DNA of 64,000 nucleotides. It comes from Plasmodiophora brassicae. Taxonomy: Eukaryota. Where the stretch lies: NCBI GenBank assembly GCA_036867785.1, contig CP145415.1, forward strand, positions 1,116,001-1,180,000, written 5' to 3'. Of the stretch, positions 61,844 through 64,000 are shown piece by piece. The notes under the pieces were generated by a model. That model was not told the origin of the DNA. It ran no database searches and was given only the letters and a program-made list of their open reading frames with translations. A program made the position numbers and the translations under genes. How positions within the stretch are numbered: the stretch's first letter is position 1; every line of letters starts with the position of its first letter.

Positions 61844-62287
61844 CGTCCTGTTGTACGGTTGCAGGCCTGTCGACAGAGTGGGCGGCGCGACGTCGTCGTC
61901 GCGCGCACCGGCACGGGTGGAATCGGTGCGCAAATGCTAAAATTAGAAACTCCGCCGGTGACTGCCCAGTGGGCCATGCGGCCATGCTGCTCGTACCTGA
62001 CTGCCTGGAAAATAATCGAACATTCTGTCCTGTTGTCGAACGATCCGTCCCTAGCAGTCGAGCGAGACTCACCCCATCTGACGGAGGCTGACTTCCGGCT
62101 GAACGGGTTATGGCACTTGCCATACGATGCGATGTCGTGCGGGTTCGTCGGGAGGAGGTAGCCTTCGACCTCAGCGACGCCAGGGTGCCATCGTCGCCAG
62201 TAACGCCAAGGGATGCCCTGCGCGCGTACGGGAAGCCCTGGTTGCGGCGTTGTGCGTGCCGGCCGGGCGCCCGTGCTCACAACGATC

Positions 62288-63538
62288 ATGTCGAAGCCGT
62301 TGCTAAACATAGCGGGGCGATTGCATCGGCGACGACGGCACTGCGAGTCGCGTGTGGCGATCATTGGCGCCGGATTGCCCGGCCTGGCCGCCGCCACACT
62401 GCTACGACGTAATCTCAACTGCCGGGTCACCGTCTTCGAGCAGCATGCCGACGCCGACGACGCCGATCGACGCGCCGCCTTCGTGCATGGCAGCCGCGTC
62501 TATGTGACACCGAGTACGTCGACCGAAACGCGCGCCCTGCTGCGTCTGACTGCTGTGCCAACAGGAATGCGACGCGCCCTGGAGAGCTGCGACATCGGCT
62601 ACCGTCGCCACATCGTCGAGACGCGCCCGGCGACCTACCTGGACTGGGACGCCGTCGATATGTTCAGCGATGCCGATCGAGAGTACCGCGCCGAACGGGC
62701 GCCCCAGATCGTCGCCCGCGCCATCGCCGCCGACCTCCGGCAGCGAATCGACGACGACGCGCTTCGGGTCCGATATGGCGTCCGAGTCGCTGCCGACGAC
62801 CTCGTCGTCAACAGGGACCGGACGATCAGCGTGCTCGGCGACGATTACGACCTGCTGCTCGGGTGCGACGGCCGGCGATCGATCGTTCGCCCGCTGGTGA
62901 CCCCGTTGCAACAAGCGGAACGGGACCCGTCGATGCGGCGCGTCATCTTCGACGTGCCCGTTGCCGCCTGCGAGGACGCCGTCAGCGAGGACATTGGGTT
63001 TGTCGGCAGCAAGATGGTCGTCCACGTGTCGCTGCTGGAGCACGACGGCCAGGATCGGCTGCGCGTGACGATGACGTTCCCGATCGGGTCGGCGGCGGCA
63101 CTCGGCGACCCGATCGACGCGTTCCGCAAGCGTGTCAAGATGTCGCAGTCGGCTGTGCTTCGTGGCATACCCGACCACGTTGACAATCGGACCCGGGTCG
63201 AGGTCCACAACCTTGTCGACCGCGACTGGCCCGTCATGACGTCGACGTTCTACTGGCCGATCGCGTTGCTGGGTGATGCGCTGCGCCAGATGGTCCCGTA
63301 CCACGACGAGCTGTCGTCGCTGGCGTTGGAGGACGCCGTCCAGGTCTGCAATGCGTACAGGCAGTCGTCGAGGCGCGACGTGCACGAATACTGGCAGGCG
63401 GTCGAACCGCCCGCTCGTGTCTGGATTGAGCAGGCGCGGTCCAACATGGAGTTCATGCATGCCAAGGCGGCCACTGACAAACTGGTCGAATTGCACGGCG
63501 CGCTGCTGGAATGCGCCGAATCGCCCCGGAACGTTTGA
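62288..63538 (+). CDS. FAD-dependent monooxygenase, divergent kynurenine 3-monooxygenase-like
   Basis: VAIIGAGLPG..A..L...V.VFE, DLLLGCDG..S.VR, ALLGDA...VPY......LED. Confidence 0.75.
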   Translation: MSKPLLNIAGRLHRRRRHCESRVAIIGAGLPGLAAATLLRRNLNCRVTVFEQHADADDADRRAAFVHGSRVYVTPSTSTETRALLRLTAVPTGMRRALESCDIGYRRHIVETRPATYLDWDAVDMFSDADREYRAERAPQIVARAIAADLRQRIDDDALRVRYGVRVAADDLVVNRDRTISVLGDDYDLLLGCDGRRSIVRPLVTPLQQAERDPSMRRVIFDVPVAACEDAVSEDIGFVGSKMVVHVSLLEHDGQDRLRVTMTFPIGSAAALGDPIDAFRKRVKMSQSAVLRGIPDHVDNRTRVEVHNLVDRDWPVMTSTFYWPIALLGDALRQMVPYHDELSSLALEDAVQVCNAYRQSSRRDVHEYWQAVEPPARVWIEQARSNMEFMHAKAATDKLVELHGALLECAESPRNV

Positions 63539-64000
63539 CAACCTGTATACGCTTGTACATACATGACTGATCGGCATCGCCGCGTTGTACCTGTCGTCTG
63601 AGGACGCCACGCCCGCCGCATCCCGGCACTGTTTGCCAAGGCTGGCTGGATGTGTTTCAAAGGTTCCTCGACGGTTGTCCGACGGCATACGCTGGCGACA
63701 GGATTCGGACGGCGGGGAAGGTTCCAGTAGAACAGTCGCAACGAACCCGGAACCAAGACGGGTTACCTGTCAAGGCACACGCGATCGTGCGCGTTTGCCA
63801 TGGATGCACGCTGTTGTTGACGTAGAAGCGGTTGCCATGCTTCCTATGCAGGCGTCTGGAGAGCAGCCAGCTCGCTCTGCGCGTACCAACCCCAGGAGCG
63901 CACGCGGCTTTCGTCGCCGATGGAATCAAATGGCAATGCCTTCCGGTTCCGATCGCCCGCCAGTGAGCCGCCCCATGACAGATTCACGATCAGCGAAAGC

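Noticed and set aside
63760-64000. Possible 3' exons of a minus-strand gene entering from outside the window
   Set aside because: A plausible intron and open frame exist, but there is no recognisable motif and too little sequence.
1-64000. Prokaryotic features, tRNA/rRNA, hammerhead or C/D-box RNAs
   Set aside because: The genes are spliceosomal-intron-rich. CTGATGA/TGATGA words checked lacked the required partner motifs or stems. A covariance-model scan would be needed to exclude small RNAs formally.

Overview
This is eukaryotic, gene-dense, GC-rich genomic DNA with many short (~50-65 bp) GT-AG introns carrying CTGAC/CTAAC branch points, and very short intergenic spacers. The architecture suggests a phytomyxid protist such as Plasmodiophora brassicae; that is inference and was not verified. 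About 30 protein-coding genes were reconstructed by eye. Housekeeping genes: kinesin, SKI2, RFC4, glycerol kinase, NHP2, HIBADH, RAD51, MRPS34, SMC5, prenylcysteine oxidase, P3A H+-ATPase and an SR splicing factor. More unusual loci: a ~10.3 kb CUB/Ig-like/beta-helix/Cys-rich/multi-TM receptor-like gene, a secreted BBE/AA7-type FAD oxidase, a fungal-type sphingolipid C9-methyltransferase, a PX+START protein, a pseudokinase-C2 fusion, a kaptin-like gene, a CEP85-like CaaX protein and several apparent pseudoenzymes. At 323-1380 there is a foldback structure with ~200 bp inverted arms enclosing a decayed transposon-like gene fragment. No rRNA, tRNA or CRISPR array was seen. Family assignments rest on recalled motifs, not database searches. 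Exon boundaries are manual and gene ends may be approximate.
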